NCBI GenBank assembly: GCA_040954595.2 | Contig: JBECUI020000054.1 | Coordinates: 1 to 59,237 of the forward strand | Length of the DNA: 59,237 bases | Source: Balanoglossus misakiensis | Taxonomy: Eukaryota > Animalia > Hemichordata | Direction of reading: 5' to 3' | The notes under the pieces: generated by a model | Told to the model about the DNA's origin: nothing | Databases searched by the model: none | What the model saw: the letters and a program-made list of their open reading frames with translations, nothing else | Part shown: in pieces, positions 44,091 to 55,775 of the stretch | How the letters are laid out: each line of letters starts with the position of its first letter | How positions within the stretch are numbered: position 1 is the first letter of the stretch | Program-made: the position numbers and the translations under genes

Positions 44091-47000
44091 GTGCCTGGTG
44101 CGAGAATAGATTGTGGGCATTGATGATCATTCAGTGACGCGATTTGGGGTCAGGCAAGGTTATCTTCACAACGATGCCACGAATACCTGTGTGTATCAGA
44201 CAACTGAGGTATGGCATTGTTAAAAGATTCGGAAGTCTTCAAAGCGAAAATAAATATTTCGTTTGCGTAATTTAAACTTGCTGGTGTGGTTGCGTAGAAT
44301 GAACAAACGATATCACAAGTATAGCAGACATGGAAAGAGGTATCGCAATTTTAGTCGATAATGGATGAAAACTGCTGACTCAGCATATTTCACCAATGGT
44401 TTGTCTATGAGCAAAATATTCAACGAAATTTATCTCAAAATAGAGCGCGGTGACCATATGTTTTTATTTGACCAATGAATTTATTTATACTTGACTGAGC
44501 TATGCTAACATTTTTCTTGTACATTGAAGCGACAATAGGCAGTACAGAGAAATTGTGTGGCAAATTCAGTTAATGCTGCTAGTACATGTACATGTATGTG
44601 TGGTACGCGTACTTTTTTTTTTTGGGGGGGGGGCAGAGTCATATCAAGCGAGCATAAATGTTGTTTCACAGTTAATTGGAACACGTGACGTCATACCACC
44701 GAATTCACCTATAAATACAGACATGTAAATAATAGGTTATCTATGGTATCATCTTCGGGAGATTAAAGAGCATATCTTGCCTTTTTAAATCTTATCAGAA
44801 GGTTAAAAAATGTTCAAAAGAAATATACTATTTTCCAAAAGTGACAATATTTTTCGGGTATCGATTTCTATAATATTTGTTTTGTTCTCATAAAATGCTT
44901 CAAAATCCACCCCGTCCTGAAAAGTCCGAGTTCAGATTTGCTGCATTTTGGTCACGTGACGTGACGTCACAAGAGGAACCGGTCAGGTAGACCAGCTTTA
45001 GCGATGCTCACAGGTGTCATACGGTGTTTTCGTGCTTTTCTGTGTAATACCACAATGGGGAAAGGAGTTGTTTGCCGTGGTTGCAGCAACACATTACCTA
45101 GACGGGAGTCACCCGTGTGAGTTCCACAAAAACGAATGAAAGTCTATGCCACGATCATCAACATCGTACGGTGGATATGAAGCCGGCGCGGCACCGGTGA
45201 CGGCCGCGGCCGTAACTGTCAATGCATGACCGTTGAACCATGGTTGAACGATAATCGGCCAGGTTCGAATCACGAGAAGACAATCCCCACCCATACAGGA
45301 AAATAGAAGCCTGTCAGCAGGAGAGGTCGACCAACAGATCGTTTATGCCCGGTATTGGTGTTCATACAATGTTCCAGCGACCGCGATTTACACAGTACTG
45401 TAGACAAGTAGTAGTAGGTGAACTGGCAGGATGCGTAAACACAATTTTGCGTTGGCCGACATCATGTTGAGATTGTTTATTATTATTCACGCTTCCGTCT
45501 GGCTAACCGGTACCCAGTGACCGCAAACTACGATAATTAAGGTTGACAGCAATCGATGTAAAAACTTGAACGTTCAAAATATTACCGTTACTATTTCACG
45601 TTTTTTTTTCAGTCGTACCTTTGTATGGCTTCGGCTGAATGGTCGCCATCTTTCTTTTCTAATTTCTTTGTTTACAAGTTTTACGTCGCGCTATGTCCGA
45701 CTCATCGGCTCCAAAACACACTGTACAAATTTTGAAACAAAATATGTTGAATAAATTTTGCCTCGTGTGAGTGAAAACTGTTTCCAAACTTAGATATTCG
45801 TGTGTATCAATGAAAATGTTTCATGCTTTGTGAGCGTGAGTGGGTCGGCCTGGCATGATCGCCTGTTGCTGTTGGTTGTATGGTTTCATTTTGTTATAAT
45901 GCAGTATGAAGCATGTCAAGGTACTTCCATGATTACAGCGACAAGTCATAAATGTTTCTGTTTGTCATCACCAAAAAGGCATAGCTTACATGTAATTCAA
46001 AAGACAGAATTTTAGTGCTGGTAGTAAATATACATCGCGGCGCGATATGTGTCATCGCTGCCGATCGGCGCTGATGGAGTTCCCTTGACCTTGTACAATA
46101 ACACACGCGTATTTTGTCTGTTAAGGCAGTCATTGAAAATCGCCAAAAAGACCACGATCAGTTATCAATAAGTTGACATTGTCCAAGATAAGTAGATTTA
46201 GTCCCAACACTCTAGACCTAAACCTCTGGGCAATATTCGACGGTTTAATCGAGGCAGCAATCATTGTATGTGTAAGCTTAAGGTGCCTATACACATCCGC
46301 TGCCATTGCATGTTGTGTACTGCTTGCAATGCGAAGCCGTAGCCTAACCGGGCCGAGTTTTTTTTTTCATAATCGCATCTCCCCTAGATGATAAGGTAGA
46401 CATATGTACGTTTATTTTGAAGGGTACGGGGGATACAGAGTTGTACCCAGGCTGACACAGCAAAGCCGTTTAGATCACAGGCATGTATGGTTGCAATTCA
46501 ACCACTGCAATGTACAGTGCTAAGTCTGTTGCAAACGTAAATGGTTCCTCTTGTGACGTCACGGAAATGGGCGTGGCCAAAACAGAACTTTTTTCTCAGG
46601 CCCTGAACATTTTTAAATTTAACATTTATTTATCCACATGAAATAAGTAAAAGGACACCAGCATTTAACACACAAGCCCAATTATTATTTATCCTCAAAA
46701 GTGTGTTTCGAGGTAAGATAGGCTCTTTAAAGGTATATAGTCACCTCCTATTTACATACGCCCATATATGGCTGAAATGGCGTATTTGAGCGTTCTAAAG
46801 AACACATGGTGGCGCCTGGTGCCTGGTGCGAGAATAGATTGTGGGCATTGACGATCATTCAGTGACGCGATTTGGGGTCAGGCAAGGTTATCTTCACAAC
46901 GATGCCACGAATACCTGTGTGTATCAGACAACTGAGGTATGGCATTGTTAAAAGATTCTGGAGTCTTCAAAGCGAAAATAAATATTTCGTTTGTGTAATT

Positions 47001-47573
47001 TAAACTTGCTGGTGTGGTTGCGTAGAATGAACAAACGATATCACAAGTATAGCAGACATGGAAGGTATCGCAATTTTAGTCGATAATGGATGAAAACTGC
47101 TGACTCAGCATTTTTCACCAATGGTTTGTCTATGGGCAAAATATTTAACGAAATTTATCTCAAAATAGAGCGCGGTGACCATACGATTTTATTTGACCAA
47201 TGAATTTATTTATACTTGACTGAGCTATGCTAACATTTTTCTTGTACATTGAAGCGACAATAGGCAGTACAGAGAAATTGTGTGGCAAATTCAGTTAATG
47301 CTGCTAGTACATGTACATGTATGTGTGGTACGCGTACTTTTTTTTTGGGGGGGGGCAGAGTCATATCAAGCGAGCATAAATGTTGTTTCACAGTTAATTG
47401 GAACACGTGACGTCATACCACCGAATTCACCTATAAATACAGACATGTAAATAATAGGTTATCTATGGTATCATCTTCGGGAGATTAAAGGTATATAGTC
47501 ACCTCCAATTTACATACGCCCATATATGGCTGAAATGGCGTATTTGAGCGTTCTAAAGAACATATGGTGGCGC
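44091..47573. repeat. Tandem duplication of a ~755-bp unit (44091-46815, interrupted by an insertion; 46819-47573)
   Basis: GTGCCTGGTGCGAGAATAGATTGTGGG at 44091 and 46819; both copies run to ATCTTCGGGAGATTAA and then AGGTATATAGTCACC. Confidence 0.9.
44763..46730. mobile_element. ~1.96-kb Kolobok-like non-autonomous DNA transposon with TTAA TSD
   Basis: TTAA|AGAGCATATCTTGCCT ... AGGTAAGATAGGCTCT|TTAA; inverted subterminal GTGACGTCACAAGAGGAACC (44961 and 46543); empty site at 47485-47488. Confidence 0.85.
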
Positions 47574-47946
47574 TCTTTTATTGCGTGAGCCACCGACTGA
47601 AAACCTGTGATTGGCTAGATCTCAAGTTACCATGGTAACTTTATCTAAATGTGTATAGGTGACCGAATATTTAATATTTATATGACAGAGCCCACTATGG
47701 GAGCCAATTCATGTGAAAAAAACATCCAAGATAATGTAAGCTAACCGCATCCCCACGCTTGTTACAAGCAATATTTTACCACAATGTCTATTTCGAGAAT
47801 TTGACAAATTTTTCTTGTAATTTTAAATATATCAGTCAAGAAAAACGGTGAGGGTATCGCCATGTTTATATATGAACACGGCTTATTCTGCTCAAGAACG
47901 TACTCTAAACTACATATAATGAAAATGACAATCTAGCTACAATTGC

Positions 47947-48041
47947 TGTAATGTAATGTAATGTAATGTAATGTAATGTAATGTAATGTAATGTAATGTA
48001 ATGTAATGTAATGTAATGTAATGTAATGTAATGTAATGTAA
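47947..48041. repeat. (TGTAA)n pentanucleotide microsatellite
   Basis: Direct reading. Confidence 0.97.
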
Positions 48042-48104
48042 GAGCAGACAACACTGAACAAACAGTGACAGTAGAGATCCACATCTCCAACAGCAAATAG
48101 AATT

Positions 48105-48152
48105 AACCAACTGATGAAGAGACTGTGCTGAAGTTTGAAACATATGTAGTGG
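48105..48152 (+). ncRNA. Degenerate minimal hammerhead ribozyme motif (Penelope-like)
   Basis: CTGATGA (48111), weak stem II, GAAA, palindromic ACATATGT stem III, GTA triplet; stem I imperfect. Confidence 0.45.
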
Positions 48153-48640
48153 CAAAGGCTCACTTCTGTCTATGACTGAGGTGTGGTTACATGTGTCTTC
48201 GTCACTTGGTAGAAACTGATGATGGAAATTTAGTGAACCCCCGATGCCCCTCCCCCCTTTTCCGTGTGCAAAAAGCAAGACCCTCTCCATTGCAGTGATA
48301 CCCCCTGCATATTACAACTACCTCAACCCCATCCCCACTGCCTGGCCGTAAAAAAAACTAATGGTTCTCAACACAACTGCCGAAAATACTTTCAAACAAA
48401 GGATGTTTTCACCAATTGCCAAAAAGAGAGCTTCAGACAGTAAATCTTCAACTAGTCTGGATACCGACACAGACAATTGGGTGCCTATATTCTATTTACA
48501 AATGAAATATCTATAGTGACCTACGTATGTAATAAATTTACTCTGTCGAAAAGTAAAAACAATCTATTCTGAAAGAACGCATGCGCACACATGTATCTGC
48601 ATAATGTGTCATGCAAGAGCATACATCTTCAACTGTTCTC

Positions 48641-48730
48641 ATTTATTTCATTTCATTTCATTTCATTTCGTTTTATTTCATTTCATTTCATTTCATTTCG
48701 TTTTATTTCATTTCATTTCATTTCATTTCA
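48641..48730. repeat. (ATTTC)n microsatellite
   Basis: Direct reading. Confidence 0.9.
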
Positions 48731-50254
48731 CGACAAGGCAAAGAGACACAGTAGCTAAAATTGTGTAGCCTTTAGAACTTCCTCCTGAATGTGATGAAAT
48801 GGCGGTATGTGGGTAAAAACTGCAAATGGCGACAGGCCGTTTAACATTATTTGACACCGAAGATTGTATGACGACGTTTGGAATCGAAACCTGCATCATG
48901 TTTATCTCTTCTTGAAATCTTACTGGGAGAGATTATTTAAGCAATAACCTCCACCGCAGGCGGGTATACACGAGATTTTGGCACAACTCGAGACATATAG
49001 CACGAGCCGTTTTGTGGCATACCAGCGCCAGAAAAAGAAGTTACGATCGTGAACCAACATGGCGTCGGTGAATGTAAACACGAGCGGCCCGGGATCGAAC
49101 ATAAAACATGAAGCAGACGACAATTCAAAAAGCGACAAAAGTGCAAAATATTCAGAGCAGAGCAATTCCAAAATTAAACATCCGTAAATTCAAGTGTTTT
49201 TATTCTATTTATTTGGTTTAATCCCACGCGACTGAGGTTTAGCGGCTAGAGGAACTATGGTCTTCCTCCAAATATTTAATTGTATTTATCTTTAACATCT
49301 AATGACTTTTGAATTAAGTATGCATTAGGCCTACTATTATTTACTGTGGATTTGAGAGTGCATGAAATTGCCTTTGATCATAGCAAAGTTCCCAAGACCA
49401 GTGCTGATGAATTCTATGGCCGGAAAATGAAAGTTTGGGCTTTGGCAACCTACACCTAAACATTTAAGCCATATTTTCAGAGCTAAAATGAGCAACCTAC
49501 ACTAACCTTCTAAATTCGTACTCTATTGCGCAGCAATAAAAGATAGTTTATGTCTAAAGTACACAAATCATCGACTAGCTATACCTTACATTGCTTGAAA
49601 TAGTCGATATGTATTTTATATAAAGCAGAATAATGTTTTCTAGTTCCAGTACCAGCTGTAGGTTTTGAAGATTGGTGGAATTGCGCGACTTGGCTGACAC
49701 TCTCAAACACTAGTGAGTTTACCTGAATCTTTCTTACTCTTTCATACTTACTGTCGGACTAAGCAACCTTGAGAATACACATTATATTTTATTATTACTT
49801 TTCAAACCGTCGCCACTGCGTCTTGACACTGGACTGCTACCCAATAGCTAAGAGCAGGCTTTCAATATATTCGGAGATGGGGGACGTTAATCACTACCAT
49901 CCGGTAGAATTGAAAATCATGAGAAAGTTATGCCGTTCAAAATTGAAGCTTTCATGCTGTATTTTAAAAAAAAGACATATGTTATTCGGTTTTAAGTTAA
50001 CATAATGTATTCATGTATTCATTAATATTTACTTTACAAACCGAATGATACGAGAAGTAACTGTTTAGACACTTTCACCACTTACGTTGAAGGGCGAGAT
50101 TATTTCAACTTCAGATACTATCGCTGACCATCTAACGGCCGAATGGGTCGTTAGCCGGACAACACTGACAGTCAGCGGGGGGTGGCTAAGCACAAAAGAC
50201 AGGCGAGTGACGCCAGCGTGCTGTTGCGTAGTGACATTTTGCCTACTCGTTTTT

Positions 50255-50342
50255 GAATGAATGAATGAATGAATGAATGAACGAACGAACGAACGAATGA
50301 ATGAATGAATGAATGAATGAATGAACGAATGAATGAATGAAT
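50255..50342. repeat. (TGAA)n/(CGAA)n microsatellite
   Basis: Direct reading. Confidence 0.92.
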
Positions 50343-50645
50343 GGCATATTGATCTCCTAATGGTTAGAAAGGGTTGTTAGCAAATAGACCAAATTACGTT
50401 ATAAGTAGAATATTGAAGTTGGCTTTGAACTTGGGTGTTTGTTTATCGTCAAGATTACTTTTTATAATTTTCAACAGGCTATGAAGATTATAATTGTATT
50501 GTTCCTGGCTTGCATATCCATAACAAGCATTGTTGGTTTACGTATGGTGAGTGTTTTATCTAAATTGTACCTTAATCTATCACTAGCTCGATATTAAGCT
50601 TTAGCCCACAGAAAAGTGTATGACGTACTTTCTTTTTTTCAAAAC

Positions 50646-50832
50646 GATTATGGTTTGAATTAATTGATTATGGTTTGAATTAATTAATTAATACATTAAT
50701 TAATACATTAATTAATACATTAATTAATTAATTAATTAATTAATTAATTAACCATAATCAATTAATTCAAACCATAATGAATGAATGAATGAATTTAATT
50801 AATTAATTTATTAATTAATTAATTAATTAATT
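50646..50832. repeat. AT-rich palindrome with (TTAA)n core
   Basis: GATTATGGTTTGAATTAATT (x2) ... AACCATAATCAATTAATTCAAACCATAAT. Confidence 0.8.
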
Positions 50833-51732
50833 TTGTTCGCATTTTTATTCCGCAGTGTACACAAGAAGAAGTCAACGTGTTGATAATCTGCATGAATAAT
50901 GTTCGACAATTTTGCGTGAGTTGATATTATATTGAGTATGATTTAAAAATTAATACTTGTATATATAGTTTGCTTATCCTGATAGGCACAAAATTGCACA
51001 GTAGTATGCATTTATTTCAGCGTGGGTCTATGATATGAAAATGCGCCTGCATCAATGAACACAGTATTTAATCAATTACCTGTTGTAACATTATTTTGGG
51101 GAATCATGCAACAGTCGTATATACAGCTGTGACTGACGTTGATGATCAGGATACAAATTTCCCCTACAGACAATTTTTGAACGGATTGAATGTCCGGTGT
51201 TTAAAAAAACAGCAACGAAAGTGTGTGTTCTCCGTCAACAGGTTAAATTTGACCGGCGGATTTTTTGACGATAAAAAATCTCAGAGTACAAAATCATTGA
51301 GGGTTCAATCGAGCTAGCGCTAACCGATGCCTTTCCCTTACAAACGTGGCGGCCTATGGCCGAATGAAGCCCCTGCTTGGATGTTCGTATAGCGGTTTCG
51401 TTCAAACCTCATCAGTGTACAGTCCTATAATGGCCTATAGCAATAACGGCCACGAAGATATGGGTGACTCACCTTAACAGCACATAATCTATTCATACTC
51501 AAGAAAGTTTTTTTTCTTAGCAAAAAAAATATGAAATATTGCGCAAAATAATTGCGTTACATGATTGCATAAGGAGGTAAAATTTAATGCACTTTTATTG
51601 TGTGATCATTTTGTTTATTCATTTTCGCGGCACTTGTTATCTTTTGTTCCCTAGGATCAAATGTGGTGCTTGGCGACTATGCATTGTGAACCCTACCGTA
51701 CTCTTTACGTGTCCCTGGTTGACAGTTCTAAC

Positions 51733-51760
51733 TGTATGTATATGTATATGTATATATATG

Positions 51761-51792
<32 letters not shown>

Positions 51793-52117
51793 TGTATGTA
51801 TGTATGTATGTATGTATGTATGTATGTATGTATGTATGTATGTATGTATGTATGTATGTATGTATGTATGTATGTATGTATGTATGTATGTATGTATGTA
51901 TGTATGTATGTATGTATGTACGTACGTATGTACGTACGTACGTACGTATGTATGTATGTATGTATGTATGTATGTATGTATGTATGTATGTATGTATGTA
52001 TGTATGTATGTATGTATGTATGTATGTATGTACGTATGTACGTATGTATGTATGTATGTATGTATGTATGTATGTATGTATGTATGTATGTATGTATGTA
52101 TGTATGTATGTATGTAC
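51733..52117. repeat. (TATG)n/(TACG)n microsatellite
   Basis: Direct reading. Confidence 0.97.
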
Positions 52118-52218
52118 GAAGTATGCGGTTGGACTGGTCCGATTCAAAGTGCTCAATACAAGAGTAGAGCGCGAGCGGAGTATAGAGTAGGGTAGTAGAA
52201 GAAACGAAAAGGCGGTAA

Positions 52219-52270
52219 AATATCTACAACGCTGTTTCGTGAGTCACTAGACTCACTCATCAGGAGACTA
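52219..52270 (-). ncRNA. Minimal type I hammerhead ribozyme (Penelope-like element pLTR remnant)
   Basis: Minus strand reads agtctc CTGATGA GTGAGTC tagt GACTCAC GAA ACAGCGTTGT A gatatt: complete core, perfect 7-bp stem II, quasi-palindromic stem III, GUA triplet. Confidence 0.75.
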
Positions 52271-52302
52271 AACTGGCCAGTTTAGTGTCCTGATGAGTGA
52301 GT

Positions 52303-52485
52303 CTAGTCACCTATGGAAAATTAGCTATAGTTACCATGGCAAATTGAGATATAGCCAAACACAGATTTTCAGTGTGTGGCACACGCGAAAAGGAGAGCGC
52401 CACCATATGTTCTTTAGAGCACTCAAATCCGCCTTTTCAGCCATATATGGGCGTATGTAAATTGGAGGTGATTGTATACCTTCAA
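52303..52485 (-). mobile_element. MITE family 2 copy (AGGTATA.AGTCACC ends)
   Basis: Reverse complement of the sequences at 46731, 47489 and 58476 (CCATATATGGCTGAAA core). Confidence 0.75.
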
Positions 52486-53627
52486 ACTTACGGATCAACC
52501 TGTTTATTTTTCAGAAAGTTACTTCCAATTTAGAGTAGGAATGTAAGGCGTATTTATATATGATCTCGAAGTGTGGCTGCTTGTATGAAGGGTTTTATTT
52601 ATGTTGCTGTGTTGATATACACATTCATCGTCTGTTCTCTTCTGTGTTCTTTAGGTAACGTTGATGTGTGACGGCTGAACGGGCTATCCTGCAAAATCAT
52701 AAATACGTCATTCTTTTCTCTGATTATGACATTTTGCTTTATTGTCACTATTGATGAATAAAGCCTTATTGGGGCACATGGTGGATATTACTGCTTATAT
52801 GATTATGATATATCGCCTGGATGGTTTGGATTAAACTACTGAGACTCAGATTCAACCAAGCATGTAATTTTTGTATGGCTTCCATACAGCTAACAGATAA
52901 CATCCCATAATATTCAGATAGCAACTGTTCTTCCATTAAGAATAGAGGGCGGTATAACATCAGCACACGACATCAATTAACTTGTATCGTTTGGATTATT
53001 TGCACCACTGTTTCGGTCGTATGTTTGCTATTAAATTATTTTCGGCAAGTTCAATGCCAAGCACATGCACATATGTCACTTGCCAAAGATCATGGATCAT
53101 AATCTACAGAAGAGTATACTGTAAACCAGGAAATTTTCGCAAACAATATTTTTTGCAAACTTTGTGAGAACCAAATGAGGCGATAATAAAAGTCACGAAA
53201 AATTAGTCGAAAAAGAACAATATGGGATTTTACATCGTAAAATGAAACACACCCACTTGGCTCTATTCACACTCTGGCAATGGAGCTTTAAACTTTGCCT
53301 TGGCCAAACACGTCAAATCACTGAGACTTGAGCATTCTTTACGATTAAGACTTCATTTATTTGCACATATAAGCAAAATGGTATTTTCTAAATGTTCACA
53401 TTCGTAATCAGTTTCGCATTTGTGTGAATGACATCTCTTGGAAGACAACCTCAATTTCAAGTTGGTAGTTCTATCATTGAAAACATTGAAGCTTTTAAAT
53501 TCTGAAGTTGTACTGCAATTTTGAACCAGAAAAAATAATAATAAAAAGACAACAACTTGGATGAGGCCTGTAGTTATCAAACTGGTATGTTCCAAGTTAA
53601 AGCTACTCCTGGAGGTCAGGACTGAAT

Positions 53628-53865
53628 TTAAGGGGAGCGGTCGTCGCACCACGTTTGTTTATAAACATTGCAATTCATCCACAAATCCCTGAAATTAGAT
53701 AATTCTTAGAACGAACGAAGCAGCCAACCGTAGCAAAGACTAGGCATGACAGCAACTGAAGATCCTAGTAGGTCGTGGCGACTGCAGTGGGGTTTAAGCT
53801 GGTATGGGAGGACATATTCTCATCAAGGGGGACACCCACGCGGTGCGACGACCCCTTCCCTTTAA
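53628..53865. mobile_element. TTAA-flanked MITE
   Basis: TTAA|GGGGAGCGGTCGTCGCACCACG ... CGCGGTGCGACGACCCCTTCCCT|TTAA. Confidence 0.7.
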
Positions 53866-54207
53866 AGTAGATGACTACCCAGATGCTGTGCATGGTTTAT
53901 CACATTCCATTTGTACATGTAGAAAGTTTGAGAAAGCAGAGTTATAATATTGTCATTTTCTCGACATTTTCACAAAAGGTGCCAAAAAGAGCAGTATTAA
54001 TGAAGGATATAAAGAAAACACTATGTCACTGTGCTTGATTTTTTGGTAGAGCTGTTCAGAAATATTCAAACTATAGCATTAGGAGTGTGAAAAAAGTGCC
54101 GACTCAGCATTTTATACAATATTTGTGAAACTGGAAAAAAGTATCATGGAAACACCCCTGTTTTGACTTTATTTTTGTAAATTCTAAACTTTGAGCAGTC
54201 CACTACC

Positions 54208-54558
54208 TTAAAGGGACAAAGTCTCTCTCTCCATGCCCATTTTCCATTAATTATGTTTGATACATGAGACCGTTTATGTTATTCTGCATGTGTATGTGTA
54301 GTGAATGAACATTCAAACACAAACATCTTCTATCCCGCTTGTAGACACAAGAGTGAAAAACTCACCAAAATGAATAATCGGTCTTTACCATTTATTCATT
54401 TTGGCGAGGTTTATGCTCATCCAACAAACGGGATGAAATTTGTGTGTTGTCAAATGTTGATTCACTATATATCCACATGTAGAATAGCATAAACGGTCTC
54501 GTGTATCTAGCATAATTAACGGAAAAGGGGCAGCGAGAAAGAGACTTTGTCCCTTTAA
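54208..54558. mobile_element. MITE family 1, complete copy
   Basis: TTAA|AGGGACAAAGTCTCT ... AGAGACTTTGTCCCT|TTAA. Confidence 0.9.
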
Positions 54559-54943
54559 AGAACTGTTCTGAGTATTCATTGATTCATCTTGCTTTCTGCA
54601 AAAGACTGGTCAATTCACATATTGCAAATAAAGCCGTCATTTCTTACAATTTATAAGTCAACAAAGCTTTTCACACCATGGAAAAATTTTGCATCTCTGA
54701 AACCTGAATTCCATAATCTATCAATTATCATAGTATCAACCTAGGATCGAACCATTAAAAGCGTAACCATGTCAACTTCACATTCCTTTAATGCACATTC
54801 ACTTAATTGAACTCAGAACATCTAGGAAATATCAGAAGATATATTGATTAAATCAAGATAAAAAGGGTAAATAAAATTATGCAGATAAGAGTAAAACTCC
54901 AAAGAGCACTGACAGCAACAAGCAAAACTAGCTAGCACTGACT

Positions 54944-55036
54944 TTAACCCTTTCACCACCATGGTTCAGCCCCGACCCATAGTTTTCTATGATTAAATTG
55001 GACCTCTTTACTGGGAAATGGGGATGAAAGGGTTAA
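54944..55036. mobile_element. Tiny piggyBac-like MITE
   Basis: TTAA|CCCTTTCA ... TGAAAGGG|TTAA; a related copy lies at ~58225-58318. Confidence 0.65.
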
Positions 55037-55315
55037 AACATGTAAATGATATTGCGGGGATAACACAGGTCTCTGAGCAATAGACTGTTTCCGGATCCAT
55101 CTGCCAACCCATCTGACGACCCCTTCCCTTCAAACACTGTGACAGAGAAATTTGATCCAAATGATTTCACCACTCTAAATGGAAAACATTACATACACCT
55201 CAACATTTGAATTGAATTTCTTTGAGTTGCACAAATAGCTAGTTTTTCACAATTAGAAAAAAATGTCAAAACAATTTTTAATACTATATCCAGAAATAGC
55301 AGTTGTGAATACTGG

Positions 55316-55494
55316 TACAGTAAAACCTGTCTAAACCTAACCCTATCTAATTTGGAAACCAGTCTCTACCAAACATTTTCCATCCCTTTGACAGAGAAGC
55401 ACAGGTTAAAAAAACCTCTATAAATTGGACCTCTCCACAAACCAAACAGTTTCTTCAGTCCTTTTGGTGTTCAGTTTAGACAGGTTTTACTGTA
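55316..55494. mobile_element. Tc1/mariner (pogo-like) MITE
   Basis: TA|CAGTAAAACCTGTCTAAAC ... GTTTAGACAGGTTTTACTG|TA. Confidence 0.8.
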
Positions 55495-55775
55495 TAATGA
55501 AATATAATCACTGGGATGTCATGATTTCTTTTGTTCTACAATGGCTAGTTACGCTGGCTAAACCTGAATCTTTGGCTTTTGGAAAAAATATGCGAATGTT
55601 GCATTGTTCTTGAGTACATCTGTGTTCATGTGAAAATATATCTATATACCATCTGTTGAAAATTGACAACCATGTGGAATGTCCTGAAAGTTTCTTGACC
55701 TTTGACCCTGCATTTGACCTTGACCTCCAACACAGAGCAGAAAAGGTCATGACCTTGATTGGCAAGATGGCGGTG

